Part shown: piece by piece, positions 50,936-62,210 of the stretch
How positions within the stretch are numbered: position 1 is the first letter of the stretch
How the letters are laid out: each line of letters starts with the position of its first letter
Assembly: GCF_001949145.1 (NCBI RefSeq)
Contig: NW_019091360.1
Coordinates: 124,001-188,000 of the forward strand
Direction of reading: 5' to 3'
DNA from: Acanthaster planci
Lineage: Eukaryota
Length of the DNA: 64,000 bases
The notes under the pieces: model-generated
Databases searched by the model: none
Told to the model about the DNA's origin: nothing
Seen by the model: only the letters and a program-made list of their open reading frames with translations
Made by a program: the position numbers and the translations under genes

Positions 50936-53519
50936 AATTGTCATTTTTTTTTCACCATATCATCAAAACAGTGTCTTTGCCTGAAAGCAACAGTGCTTCG
51001 AATGTTTTTCAGGGACTTTGGAAAGAGGTACGTTAGTACATTAGAGTCTATAAAAACTACTTGAAATATTCTGTAGGCCAAACCACAGAGGAAGGACACA
51101 GGAATTACAACTCTAGCAATTCAAAGTTCTCAATGATTATGTCTGATGAATAATAGAAAACGTTCAAAAAATGCCAGGCAGTAGTCTGCAGCTTAGACAA
51201 ACAAGTAGGGCCAGTAAAATCTTAGCAATACTTGTAGTGTTTGTCTCGCAAGTAACAACTTATCACTGTGGCCAGGAAATAGAGAGAAAAATCCCTCATG
51301 TTGGACCCACTTTTGCCATTGAGAATAAACTTTTTATTTTGATGAACTGTTCAATTATCCCTGCAATGTTTGTAATTTTATTTTATCAGTTTTCAGAGAC
51401 TTAGTGCAAAAATGGCTATGACTGGCCAACATGTTGGTCACCACTGAAAAGCGAAATTCATAAAGAACAAAATGCGATATTTCATCACAAGGAGTGATCA
51501 TTCGATCTCACAAAATACACTTCGTATGAATGCCACACGAAAATTGATTCAAATAAAACACAAAATCTCATTAAAAACTTAGTGATTTATTCCCAAATAA
51601 CTCAAGAAAAAAGCATTTGAGAAGTGCAGTGACTGCATATAACATTAAGGGCACAGAGCCTAACACAAGCAACTGTGTAAGCATTAAATTTGATGTTATG
51701 AGACATACCAAGCACCAACAATGACAGATGGATGATAGATTGAGTCATGTGTGGGTTGAAAGTCAAAAAGTGAATTTGGTCAGTTGAGATTTGAAAGTTG
51801 AGACGTGAAGTTGGTGTGCGGCTTTTGATGATCATGCCACAACAACCCAAGCGCCACCAGGCATAGTGCCAAAGTTTCCGCGAACTTGTAGCTGTTGTTT
51901 TAAGCCAGTTTTGACGGCTTTACCAACACATACCACAGAGTAATATTTATTCAGCCATCCATCACAACCATAAGTTCCCACTTGGATCTCTCTAATTAAT
52001 GGAACATTGTGAATTAGTTTGAAACTGTTGAAGAGAATTTGTTGAATTTAAAATTGCGTTATTTTAAAGCACCAGAAGATGACAAATAGATTTGTACGCT
52101 AAAGTGTTGTGAGAAATTTGTGGACTTACCGGAATAACCTAATAAAAGTCTTGAAAGTAAATACATGTATTAAGAAACATCAAACTGCCTAACAAATATA
52201 GATGATTTATGACCTTGATCAAAAAAAGATAATAGCGATTTTGGTTAAAGACGTACATGTAATAGAACTTTGACACTGCAATTGAAGTAGAAAGGAATGT
52301 AATGATCAAGGTTTATTACAGATTGAAATGTACAAAGTCAATTTTATTGTTTCATTTCATTTATTTATTTTGCAGGATTGAAACATTTAAAATTTACACA
52401 ATTTACAAATTTAAAGATACAAAATATATATTTAGTTAAGAATCTACACCAAAAAACCCCACAAAACACAAAATACAGTAACAGACAAACTTAGAAACAA
52501 CAGCACAAGCAACAACATCACATCCACACAAACACAAAACACATGTAACACCCCGGCAGGATTGCAAAAAAGCAAACTTAATTACCATCAAGTTGCTCTC
52601 CTAGTGCTACAAAAAGAACAAAAACAAAACAAAACAAAACAAAAAGGACAGCAGACAGAAAAACAGGAAATGAAAAAACACAACATAAAATATCACCAAG
52701 AAAAACAAAACCACAACAAACAAACAAACTAACAAACAAAAACACACCCCAACACACTGCCTCCCGCACCGTAGTTGTAGGACATACACTCGACATTTCA
52801 CCTGTTTTGTTGGGACCGAAAACGTTGTCGGGACTCAGAAATGTCCCCACAATTCGGTTCAAATTTCCCTAAGAAAAGAACTTGTCCCCTCAACGTGGTG
52901 AATGCCTACCCACACACACATGCAAGTGTGTATTTGCCTGCAACTGGGGACCCCCTATTGTTCCTCTTTTGTTTGTACTTTAACTTTTTTAGAGGACCAC
53001 CCATATGTTTTGTACAAAGTTGTCAATCGGGGACCCTCTGTCAATCGGGGACCTTATTGTCCTCTATTGTTCAAGGTCCCCAATTGAATGCAGAAACAAA
53101 TTCACCTACACCTACAACCACAACCACGACCACAACCAAAACCAAAACTATACAAAACAAACAAACAAACAAACATCAGGGTAGTAGTTAATCTCCGTCT
53201 CACTTAAGTGAGCACCTATTGTGACTACAAATAGCACGCACACACGTACTAGACGACAACAAAACAACATCAGCAATAACAACCACAACCATATCTTCCA
53301 CAATAAGAACAACAATAAAAACAAACTTGCGAAAAAAAAAATCAACCTAAAAGCAATTATAGGAGCAACAAAAATGTACTCATCAACTCTGGCCTGGGGA
53401 AATTTTTAGAACAAGTCACTGTCATGAGTTTACACTTGTTGGGATTTAAATACATATGATTAAGATTACACCATGTGTGTATGTGCTGCAGGTCATTCCG
53501 GAGAGCCCACTTGTCTTCC

Positions 53520-54270
53520 TGGTGTTTTATGACCCTTTACAAAACTGTGTCATCAGCATACTGCCGAAGATCAGACTGAACACAAAATGGCAGATCCTAA
53601 ACAAAGATGTTATACAATAAAGGCCCAAGAACAGATCCCTGTGGCACACCAGAATGCACTGCAGCCCAAGTAGAAAGTGAATCCGCAGAAATCTATTTGT
53701 GATTCAACATCAGTTCAACAACATCAGTTCAACATCGGTCCACAAATGCCATACTTATGTAACTTATGTAAAAGAGCTCGGTGATTGAAACGATCAAAGG
53801 CCTTCGACCAATCCAAAAATATAGCATCAATAGGAGGTGGTTTAGAAACATCAATAGCACTAGCCCAACCATGATACAGGGTCGTTAACTGTGTAGCACA
53901 CGAACACTTGGGTAAGAATCCATGTTGACTAGGTGAAATTATCCCCCTCTGTACATGTGATTAACAAGACGTTTACAAATAATCCTTTCCAGAATTTTCC
54001 CAACAACAGAACACAGTGAAATAGGCCGGTAATTGGACATATCATGAGCATCACCTGATTTAAACAATAGAACCACATTCGCCAATTTCTACTCTTGTGG
54101 AACTGAACCAGTAGCAAGGGACAAATTAAAAAGTTTGGCAAGTGGTTGAGCCAAACTATCATGAGTCAATTTAAGCAGCATAGGAGAAACACAGTTAGGC
54201 TCTGACAGCATTTGTTTAATTTCTCCAGGGCTTGTGGAAATATCACCCAGACGAAAATCAGTGATGGTAT
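53520..54270 (-). mobile_element. CR1-clade LINE RT fragment
   Basis: PLAKLFNLSLATGSVP, NYRPISLCSVVGKILER, QHGFLP, FLDWSKAFD, SGVPQGSVLGPLLY. Stops and an internal deletion. Confidence 0.9.
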
Positions 54271-54778
54271 GGTCACATGAATTGCCACAGATTATGAGAA
54301 CCATTGCGGAAGTTATTTTGAAAAATTCGATTGAAATTTTGTGCAATACTGGTAGGATCACTAACGACACGGAGGTCACTGTGAAATCTCGCTAATTATA
54401 CTTTTACGTCACTGACTACTCACAAAAGACCAAAATTGTTTTGGGTTAAATAAAGAGTTACAAGCCATATCATGAACATAATTACAGTGGGACTGACTAA
54501 TTAAGTATTTGACATCATTGTGAAGTCTTTTGTATTAAGCCCACAAATTTTGATTACTATCACTGCAAACTGCTGCCCTGTAAGCCCTGTTTTTGTTTTT
54601 TGTTAAAGCAACAATTTCAACGGAAATCCAAGGATGCTTCTTTCTTCCATTTAGTTTGGCAATGGGACATCTTTTACAGCTGCAAAAAAGGCTTTAAATC
54701 TAACACAGACCTCATTTATATCATCTGTAGAGAAACAGGTATCCCAAGGAATGCTACAAATAGTATAACACAGAATAC

Positions 54779-55047
54779 TGTAGCGCCGGCGGGTCCGGCC
54801 GGTGGGGCGCCAGCTCGGACCCGCATGGAGTTGGCTGGCTGCCCGCGCTGGTTGCGAACGGCCCGCGGTTTTCCCGCCTCGCACCTGCGCAGTCCCTGTC
54901 GCCAGGCGCCATGTTGCAGAGCTTGTTGGAAGGGCACATTGTGGTGTGCTCGATAGCAATAAAGCAGAGGTTTTGTGACCAGAACAGTGAGTTGCACCAG
55001 TGTGTCATTCTTACAGCGTCAAACCCTGTGCAGCGGGACACGCTACA
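54779..55047 (+). mobile_element. Short solo LTR (269 bp) with a GC-rich 5' half
   Basis: Perfect 7-bp terminal inverted repeat TGTAGCG/CGCTACA; 4-bp TSD ATAC (54775-54778 and 55048-55051); internal AATAAA at about 54958. Confidence 0.88.
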
Positions 55048-57014
55048 ATACCAATATCAGCCTTTTTATACTGATAAAATGACCAACTCACAGTTTTATG
55101 ATCATATGAGAGTGATTAGTGAAATTTATCAACATTAAGATCACTGGTTCTACAATTTATAGATGGTTTTATCAAAGGGTTACAAAACATCTGCTATACC
55201 ACTGCCCTAGTCTGAAAGACCCATTTGCGACAGCCCTTGTTATCATTGCCGATAAGTTATTTTCCTGGTAGATTTGGTGTAGTGTAATTTGCATAGTACA
55301 GTATGTCTAGTCCAGCTGCTGTTTTCGACTTGTGCGAATTGTTGCCCTTGAAGATTCCTTTTTTATGACTGGGTTAAATTTGCATATGATGTCAGGCCAC
55401 ACGGTTCTTTCATTCTTTTATGTATTATTCATTGGTATGTAATTTGCAATGCATATTAAGTCATGTGGTATCATTCAGCCAATCACGTTATGCTATTCCC
55501 TTGCCACGTGAGCATACCAAGTATATCAGTGCAGGAAATTCCATTTCGGGTTAGTCTTCGTTAAACGCCGTCGGAAGCTGAAGACTGTAAGTTCAATTGT
55601 GTTTTCTTCACGTTTAAGATAGAAAATGTGCCCACAATGTATATTTGAGATCACTGTGTATTTATTTATACCTTTTCTTATGTGACTTGGGAAACTTATT
55701 GCAACACTGCTGTGTACACTTGTTCGTAATCTGAGTCAACATTTGGAAGATTTATCGTCGTATTTTGCGTGGGCGTATGCAGGCTATATGGAATTATGTG
55801 TGAGTTTGTAAAAGTATTTGCCAGTTGTGATATGTTATTTGTGACGTTTATCTTCTTATAGTTGCTCACGGTATTTTTGTATTTTCAGCACCAGAATGCC
55901 ACTGTAAACCCTGAAACCTCCCGCAAGCCTGTTTATTTCAGTAGGCATCTTGAATACAATTCACTGCGTGTATTCCAGGGATGTCGATCCCACATACGAA
56001 TTGTAATTGTGTCATTAAACATACGTTGTAATGATAGGCCTACATGTGATAATGTATGCGTACAACTGAGGGAGTGATCAATTTATTGAACATTAATGAC
56101 GTTGTAAATTCATTTGAAAGTAAAATTGCTGGCGACAAAACCTCATTTAGCAAAGTGGTAAAATTCCTGAATTTTGACAGAAGATTGCAGGTTAACATGT
56201 AGTTTGGACTTGATTATAATTGGGGTTTGAATTTCTTATTAACTTCTAATCTATTTTAATGTATCAATATTTATTTCAGTTTCACCGATTCCTCATGGAA
56301 TTGTGTTATTGAACTAAGGGATTGGCATTTTGTGTCACCGTATTCCATTCTTTGGTGTTTTCGCGTGCACGTTGGTGACACCCAGGCCAGAGACTGAGCC
56401 GAGGGGCACAGACTAAGCAGGAAGACTGGAAGTGCAGTTACCCAAAAGATCTCTCTGCCTAGCCAGATCAAGACACCAGTACATTTATCCATTTAACAAC
56501 ATTAACCACTGTTGATTATCTGATTGTGTAATTTTTAAATAAGTCTTCAAATCATTTGAAGTCTTGAATTTCATATATTGTCTAAAACTATGTGGCTACA
56601 AGTAAGAGGAATATGTGTAAATAAGAATACTTGAACTTAAAGAATTTAATGTGTTTTCTTTCATTGTGTTATGAGAGAGTGTGGTTTTTTTTTAAGTGAC
56701 GAAACGGTTCAGGATACTTGGTTTGAATTTTAGTCAAAATATCCTGATAGCTTCCTCCCTCCATGGGGATTAATTTTTAAAAAATCAATGAAGAATGACC
56801 TTCCAACAAAAGTCCAAAATTATATTTCCTGATCATTATTCCATCTCTGTGATTCCTTTACATTAGGTTATGGTAAGGCGGCTTACCAAGCTTCTAAGTG
56901 TGTACTCTGTGATAAGTCAGCTTGAATTCGTGAGATTTTTTAATCTTCCTCGAAATCACACCTGACAACATCAACAATCTACGGCAAACAATCTGTGGAA
57001 GGATGCATACTTGG

Positions 57015-57280
57015 GTCAGTCCACGATCTGAGCGGTCAGCTTCATTGATGACTTGCCTCATTTAACATCAATAAACACTCTAAAGTCCAGCCAGTCCGCG
57101 TTTAGAGCACTCTGTGTCACTGATGGCTCACCTCACTTTAACATCAATGTACATTCCCAAGTCTGGCCAGTCCACGATCAGAACAGCCAGCTATATTGAT
57201 GGCTTGGCTCTAAAAAATATCCAATCTACCAGCGAAGCCCAGCTGGCCGGCAACTGGAATAGCAGGCCTTACTGATGGTT
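57015..57280 (+). repeat. Degenerate minisatellite, ~75-78 bp unit, about 3.5 copies
   Basis: CAGTCC(A/G)CG...TGATG..T..CCTCA.TTTAACATCAAT recurs. Confidence 0.7.
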
Positions 57281-57609
57281 ACATTTTTTGTACCAAATTA
57301 ACTGTCTGCCCCCCCAAACTGCATGGACCCCCAAAATGCCAATACATTTTCAAGTTTGAACCATGTGGCGGTAGCAATGCAATTAGTGCCAATTGTACGT
57401 ACATATCTGTAATCTCAATTAAAGGCTGGTCCAAGTACGAATCAATTTTAACGCATTATTGCAGTGTTTATCTCAGGCCAAATGACTGCTACAGTCATGT
57501 GCATCAGGTACATGCAATGTTTGCCCACTGTTTGCAATGTACAACACTGTCGGGCATTTGAAATCATAAGTGAATCTGAGGCGGATTCAGTTATATCAAA
57601 TAACAGCAA

Positions 57610-58166
57610 CATGCATCCTCCTCAATGATTACTTGTTACTCAAAAGGAATGATTATCTGTGAAACTGTTCATTGTCATCTCACACATTCAAAACTATTCC
57701 AAACACGATCAGTTAATCAGATTATTACACAAGGCAGCCAAATTTCTAGACATGTGATTGGACTTTTTGAAGCGAGTCAGGATTTATTACATGTACCAAG
57801 TTCAATGTCTCCCTTCCTGTCCCCTTATTTGTCACATAACCTGCTGGAATACTTAGTGTGGGGAACTAGTGGTAATTTAGATTGGGCCGTCACTTGTTGG
57901 AAATAACCTTGTAACCCTGCACCTCCTGTGCCTGTGCCTCAGAACCATAACAGGAAGATTGTTTACATTGTCGACTGAAAACATCACTGAAGTTTCTGAA
58001 AACTTGCTGCAGGCTTCATGGCATATTTTACTTGAGATGAGTAATAATGCTTGTCCAAGTTTTCTTTGCGCTTTTTGTTTCAATTTGGAGAACTCTTGCT
58101 TCAATCAGTCCCTTGAAGTTCTTGGCATATTGATGGCCCCATCCAACAATGGATGGTGTTGAGACC
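57610..58166 (-). mobile_element. Zator/TP36-like DDE transposase remnant
   Basis: Across frameshifts: FKGLIEARV..RKENLDKHYYSSQVKY..SVMFSVDN..LFPTSDGPNLNYH*FP..IPAGY..IERRM. This resembles the recalled Zator order SxDDK / DHDF..LIPS.Y / VERRM. Confidence 0.55.
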
Positions 58167-60234
58167 TGAATGTACACAAAAGAAAACAATTTCAGCCAAA
58201 ATAACATTTTACCATGTTTTGCATCAAGGTCAGTTCATACCGAGTCTTGAAGTGAAAGCAAAACTGTAATGTCAGATCAAATATGTGTTCTGCGAATTTG
58301 CAAAGGTTGAAAACATTTCAACATGAGTGAATTTTGTTGCAAATATTTTATGATTTCAATTTTGTTTTAATTTGCATACAACTGAATTTTAGAGTCTAAT
58401 TAGCCCAATATTTAAAATAATAATTTTTCTTCCTTTTACAGACTTGTGACCATTATGTTTAATGGACGGTTAAGAGGATTTGCAAAAAAGTTGGAGAAGT
58501 TGTCTGGAAATTTCCAAATACATGACCATGTATATGCACTCTTACTCAGAATGCACTCTATAAACGGTGATCAAAAAAGCGTGACTTTGAATTTGCACCT
58601 GACAATAAATCATGGAGTGACAGGTAGGGTTTCAGAGTAGAGGCTGACATTTAAGAAGTACAACAGCATTGTAAACAATTATAAATAAGGTTATAATAAA
58701 ACAAAAAGATAAAGGGCAAAATAAAAAAAAAATGTACAAAACCCTAAATTGCTGTTTAGCTAAGCCAACCCTGGTGTCGCTTTGAAGAGGTGATCACTTA
58801 TGATGGCAAGTGTTGTACAGCAGTCTCTTGGTCTCTTGTAATCTATGAGCTTCAAGCTCATTTTCCTCTAAGAGTCTTCTTGCCCTCTCCATGATTTCTG
58901 AGAAGAGCTTATCAACTGCAGGCCTACCACCCTTATGCTGCTTTACTGAGGGTTATTTATCAGATGAGGACATATTCACTTTCTTTGCTGATTGGTATCG
59001 ACAACTTCACAAAGGAACAACAGTAGTTTACATGTATGTGTGTTGTGAAAAAACCTAGAAGAGCACTGTGGGAATGTAGCATGGTGAAAAAAAAGCAGCT
59101 GGCATTTATCTCATGAATTTGGGATGGTTAAAAAGTAGACTGACAGGTCAACTCATAAGTATGCCAACTCGTACGCCGACTAATTTGCATGCAGTTTGGT
59201 CAACTCATACACAAACCAACTCGTACATGTATATACCGGTCATGCTCACATCAACGAGCATCAACAAAGTGTGAACAAGTCATTCAAGCACATATATGCA
59301 CAAATTTTAACATAAACAATATTAATTAGGTTCCTAAATATCATTTTCAATGCATCACATTTATCAAAAATAATATTTCATTATGGGAATTTGAGCAGCA
59401 AAGTCGGGCCTACTTGTGCAGCCTGACAGGCCACCATCTTGTTTTCGTGTGGGCAGCAGAGAAAAAAAGAGGGCGATCACCTTACATCAAGAAAACTGTT
59501 TGTTTTTCTGCGAGAACATGGAAACAAATTTGATGTTTCTCTTACACAGTGGCAAATGTCAGAGTCTATAAATATGATAAAAACCACTTTTAAATCTTTA
59601 GAGGGTATATTCTAGTTGGTGAGGCTTGTTGACGCTTATTAATACTACTTATTGATGGTAAACAGCACAATCGGTATACATGTAGACACAAGCCAACTCG
59701 TACACTGACAAACTCGTTTACCAGCATCCAAAGAGATAATTTACTGTCATAATTCACACATTTGAGCATAGTATTGAAAAGAAAACCGACCTACCATGAA
59801 TGATTCAAACCAATTTTTTTTATTTGGCATTGTAACTACTAAGATAACAAGAGATGTTATGAACAAGGTTCTGTTTCAAGGTAATAAGTAGTTTTCACAT
59901 ACTAATTGATAAACATGTCAAAATTATAATGATGTATTTTGATTAACTAATATTTATAATTTTACAAGAATAGATTTTTTTACCTTGGAGTGGTGATCTG
60001 GTCATTTTGGTTGAAGAGTACTTCCAGATCATTTCTACATGAGTGCCACTTGGAGGAAGGTTTCTATCCTCATCTTGGGATGCCATCTTTTCATAATGGT
60101 GAACAAGCTCATTTGTGGGGATCACTTGCATCTCCATGGGTATAAAGTATGTGGTGTTATTGTGTTACCGCATTTTGTGAATACACACAAACCCAGCAAA
60201 GTTTTACCACAAAGTTTATATAAGTTTTGGTTGT

Positions 60235-60925
60235 TTGATTGTTGGGGTGGCTGGGTCGATGGGGTTGTTACGGTTGCTTGGGGTTGCTTGGAGTTGTTGG
60301 GTTCTGTGGGATTGCTTGGTTTGTTTAAGGTTGTTGGGGTTGTTTGGGGGTTGTTGGGATTGCCGTGGTTGTTGGGATTCGCTTGGGGTTGCTTGGAGTT
60401 GTTGGGGTTCTTTGGGGTTGCTTGAATTGCTTGGTTGTTTAGGGTTGTTGCGGCTGTTTGGGGTTGTTGGGATTGTTGGGATTGTTGGGATAACTTGGAT
60501 TGTTTGGGTTGTCAGGGGTGTGTGGCGTTGCTTGGGTTTGTTAGGGTTGCTTGGATTGTTTGGTTTGTTTAAGGTTGTTGCAGCTGTTTAGGGTTGTTGG
60601 GGTTGCTTGGGTTATTTGGGATTGTTGGGATGTTTGGGATCACTTGAATTATTTGGGTTGTCAGGGGTGTGTGGCGTTGCTTGGGTTTGTTAGGGTTGCT
60701 TGGATTGTTTTGTTTGTTTAAGGTTGTTGCAGCTGTTTAGGGTTGTTGGGGTTGCTTGGGTTATTTAGGGTTGTTGGGATGTTTGGGTTGCTTGGTTTGC
60801 TTGAGGTTGCCAGGGGGGTCGCTCGGGTTCTTCGGGGTTGTTGGGTTTTTGGGGGTTGTCAGGGTCGTTGCAGGTGTCTGGGATGTTTGGTTGGGTTGGG
60901 TTGCGCTTGGTTGAGTTAGTTGGTC
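60235..60925 (+). repeat. G/T-rich low-complexity satellite (GGGTTGTT/GGGGTTGCTT 9-10-mers) with an internal ~135-bp duplication
   Basis: Direct inspection; the GTTGTCAGGGGTGTGTGGCGTTGC block occurs twice (~60508 and ~60657). Confidence 0.9.
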
Positions 60926-61777
60926 TGGTCAAAATTGCCTGCAAAATCCATCTTGCCAGAGTTGTCAAATGTTCGCAGGAAAAGTTTCTATGACTCACAA
61001 ATCAGTGTTCGCTTGCTTACGTGCCAAGTATGAATGACCGGCTGATAATTGATGGAAATTTGATGTGTGCTTGTTGTTACGAAACTTTTTGTGAAATTGG
61101 CAGAAGTTCAATCGTGGTCAACTTTAGCGGATTCACGGCAGTGTACTTGTCTCGACATCAAATATTTACATTTGCGATGTTTTTTAAGCACCTCTGTGAT
61201 ATTGGGCCCACCTCTAGGGCTCTCCTTTCTGTAACACTAACCGATATAAAACACAAATAAAACTCATTCTTCAAATTTGTATAAAAACATCTACATCCCG
61301 TCATAAACAGGGATGAAGTCATATATTTTATGGCAATGCCAAAAAAACCTCAACATGTTGAGTGCTGACCATCATCGTTGAAGAAAAATGAGGCAGAAAT
61401 CTCAAAGTACAATTTCGCGACTTGGACAACGATAGGTTACTTCAGTATGTCTAGTCAACAAACAGAATGCCGTATTCAGATTAGATTTCCTGTCTGATGT
61501 TTATTCGTAATATAGGTCCCACACGAGCTTGCTCATTGAACTATGATATGCCTCAGTGCGCTTGGCCATACCTTCAGTGACATTCCACTGTCCTTTGCAA
61601 TGCCGAACTTGTTGATAAGAACGCAGACTTTATGCGTAAAAATAGTTAGGACCAATTGGAAAGCCGCCTAAGCAGGAGCATATGCCCTTAGCACAAGTAC
61701 ATCTTTACCATACAAAAGAATCACAGATATTAATTAATTTTGCTATTGCAAAAGGAACGCGATTGCATGATAGTTAC

Positions 61778-61893
61778 CTGAAATACTGCTGCTACACTGG
61801 ACGTATTGATAACGTCCACACTCCTTGCTCCTGATTGGCCAGTGCTAATCAGACCGTAGTTCAAAATCTTGCTTCCTAGGCTAACTTGTGGTC
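61778..61893 (-). CDS. CFAP65: CFAP65 exon: (G)PQVSLGSKILNYGLI...NTSSVAAVFQ
   Basis: ttttacag acceptor, CAG|gtaact donor. Matches GPAVSL..NF...NQSDCTAHFQ. Confidence 0.9.
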
Positions 61894-62003
61894 CTGTAAA
61901 AGAACAGATGTTTTTTGATGTGAAGATGACTTCATCAAAAAGCTTTCATTGCAATAAATGTATACAGATCATCACTAAAATTGCAAAATTAATCAATAAT
62001 TAC

Positions 62004-62112
62004 CTGAACATCTTCCAACCAGCTTAACCACCGTCTTGCTGACTTTGTCAATGGCATGTACATGAAGATAATCCACACTCTCCTCATTGACATTCTGTGG
62101 CTGAAACTTCAC
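62004..62112 (-). CDS. CFAP65: CFAP65 exon (first in window): VKFQPQNVNEESVDYLHV...SKTVVKLVGRCS(G)
   Basis: G|gtaatt donor. Matches VDYC...SKTLLKVVGFCRG. The acceptor (ttttaccaag) is less certain. Confidence 0.85.
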
Positions 62113-62210
62113 CTTGGTAAAACAGGTAGATTTCTCTTGTCATTTTACAGAGTTTCAAAAATAAAACAGCAACCTTAAATATGTCTTTGCTGAAAATGTT
62201 CCCATCAATT

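Noticed and set aside
51140..51175. Minimal hammerhead ribozyme (CTGATGA..GAAA ACGT TC)
   Set aside because: Stems I and II do not pair.
52380..53350. Hydrophobic or Asn/Thr-rich ORFs
   Set aside because: A/C-rich simple sequence with no splice or homology support.
54600..55138. Several overlapping ORFs and a Kozak-like GCCATG suggesting a gene or foreign DNA
   Set aside because: Explained by the GC-rich solo LTR with its terminal repeats and TSD; the ORFs cross its boundaries.
55278..56600. Long solo LTR (TGTAG...CTACA)
   Set aside because: Only a 5-bp terminal match, with no TSD, PBS or PPT; unsupported without a second copy.
60039..60998. Gly/Leu-rich and Pro/Asn-rich ORFs
   Set aside because: Artefacts of the low-complexity satellite.
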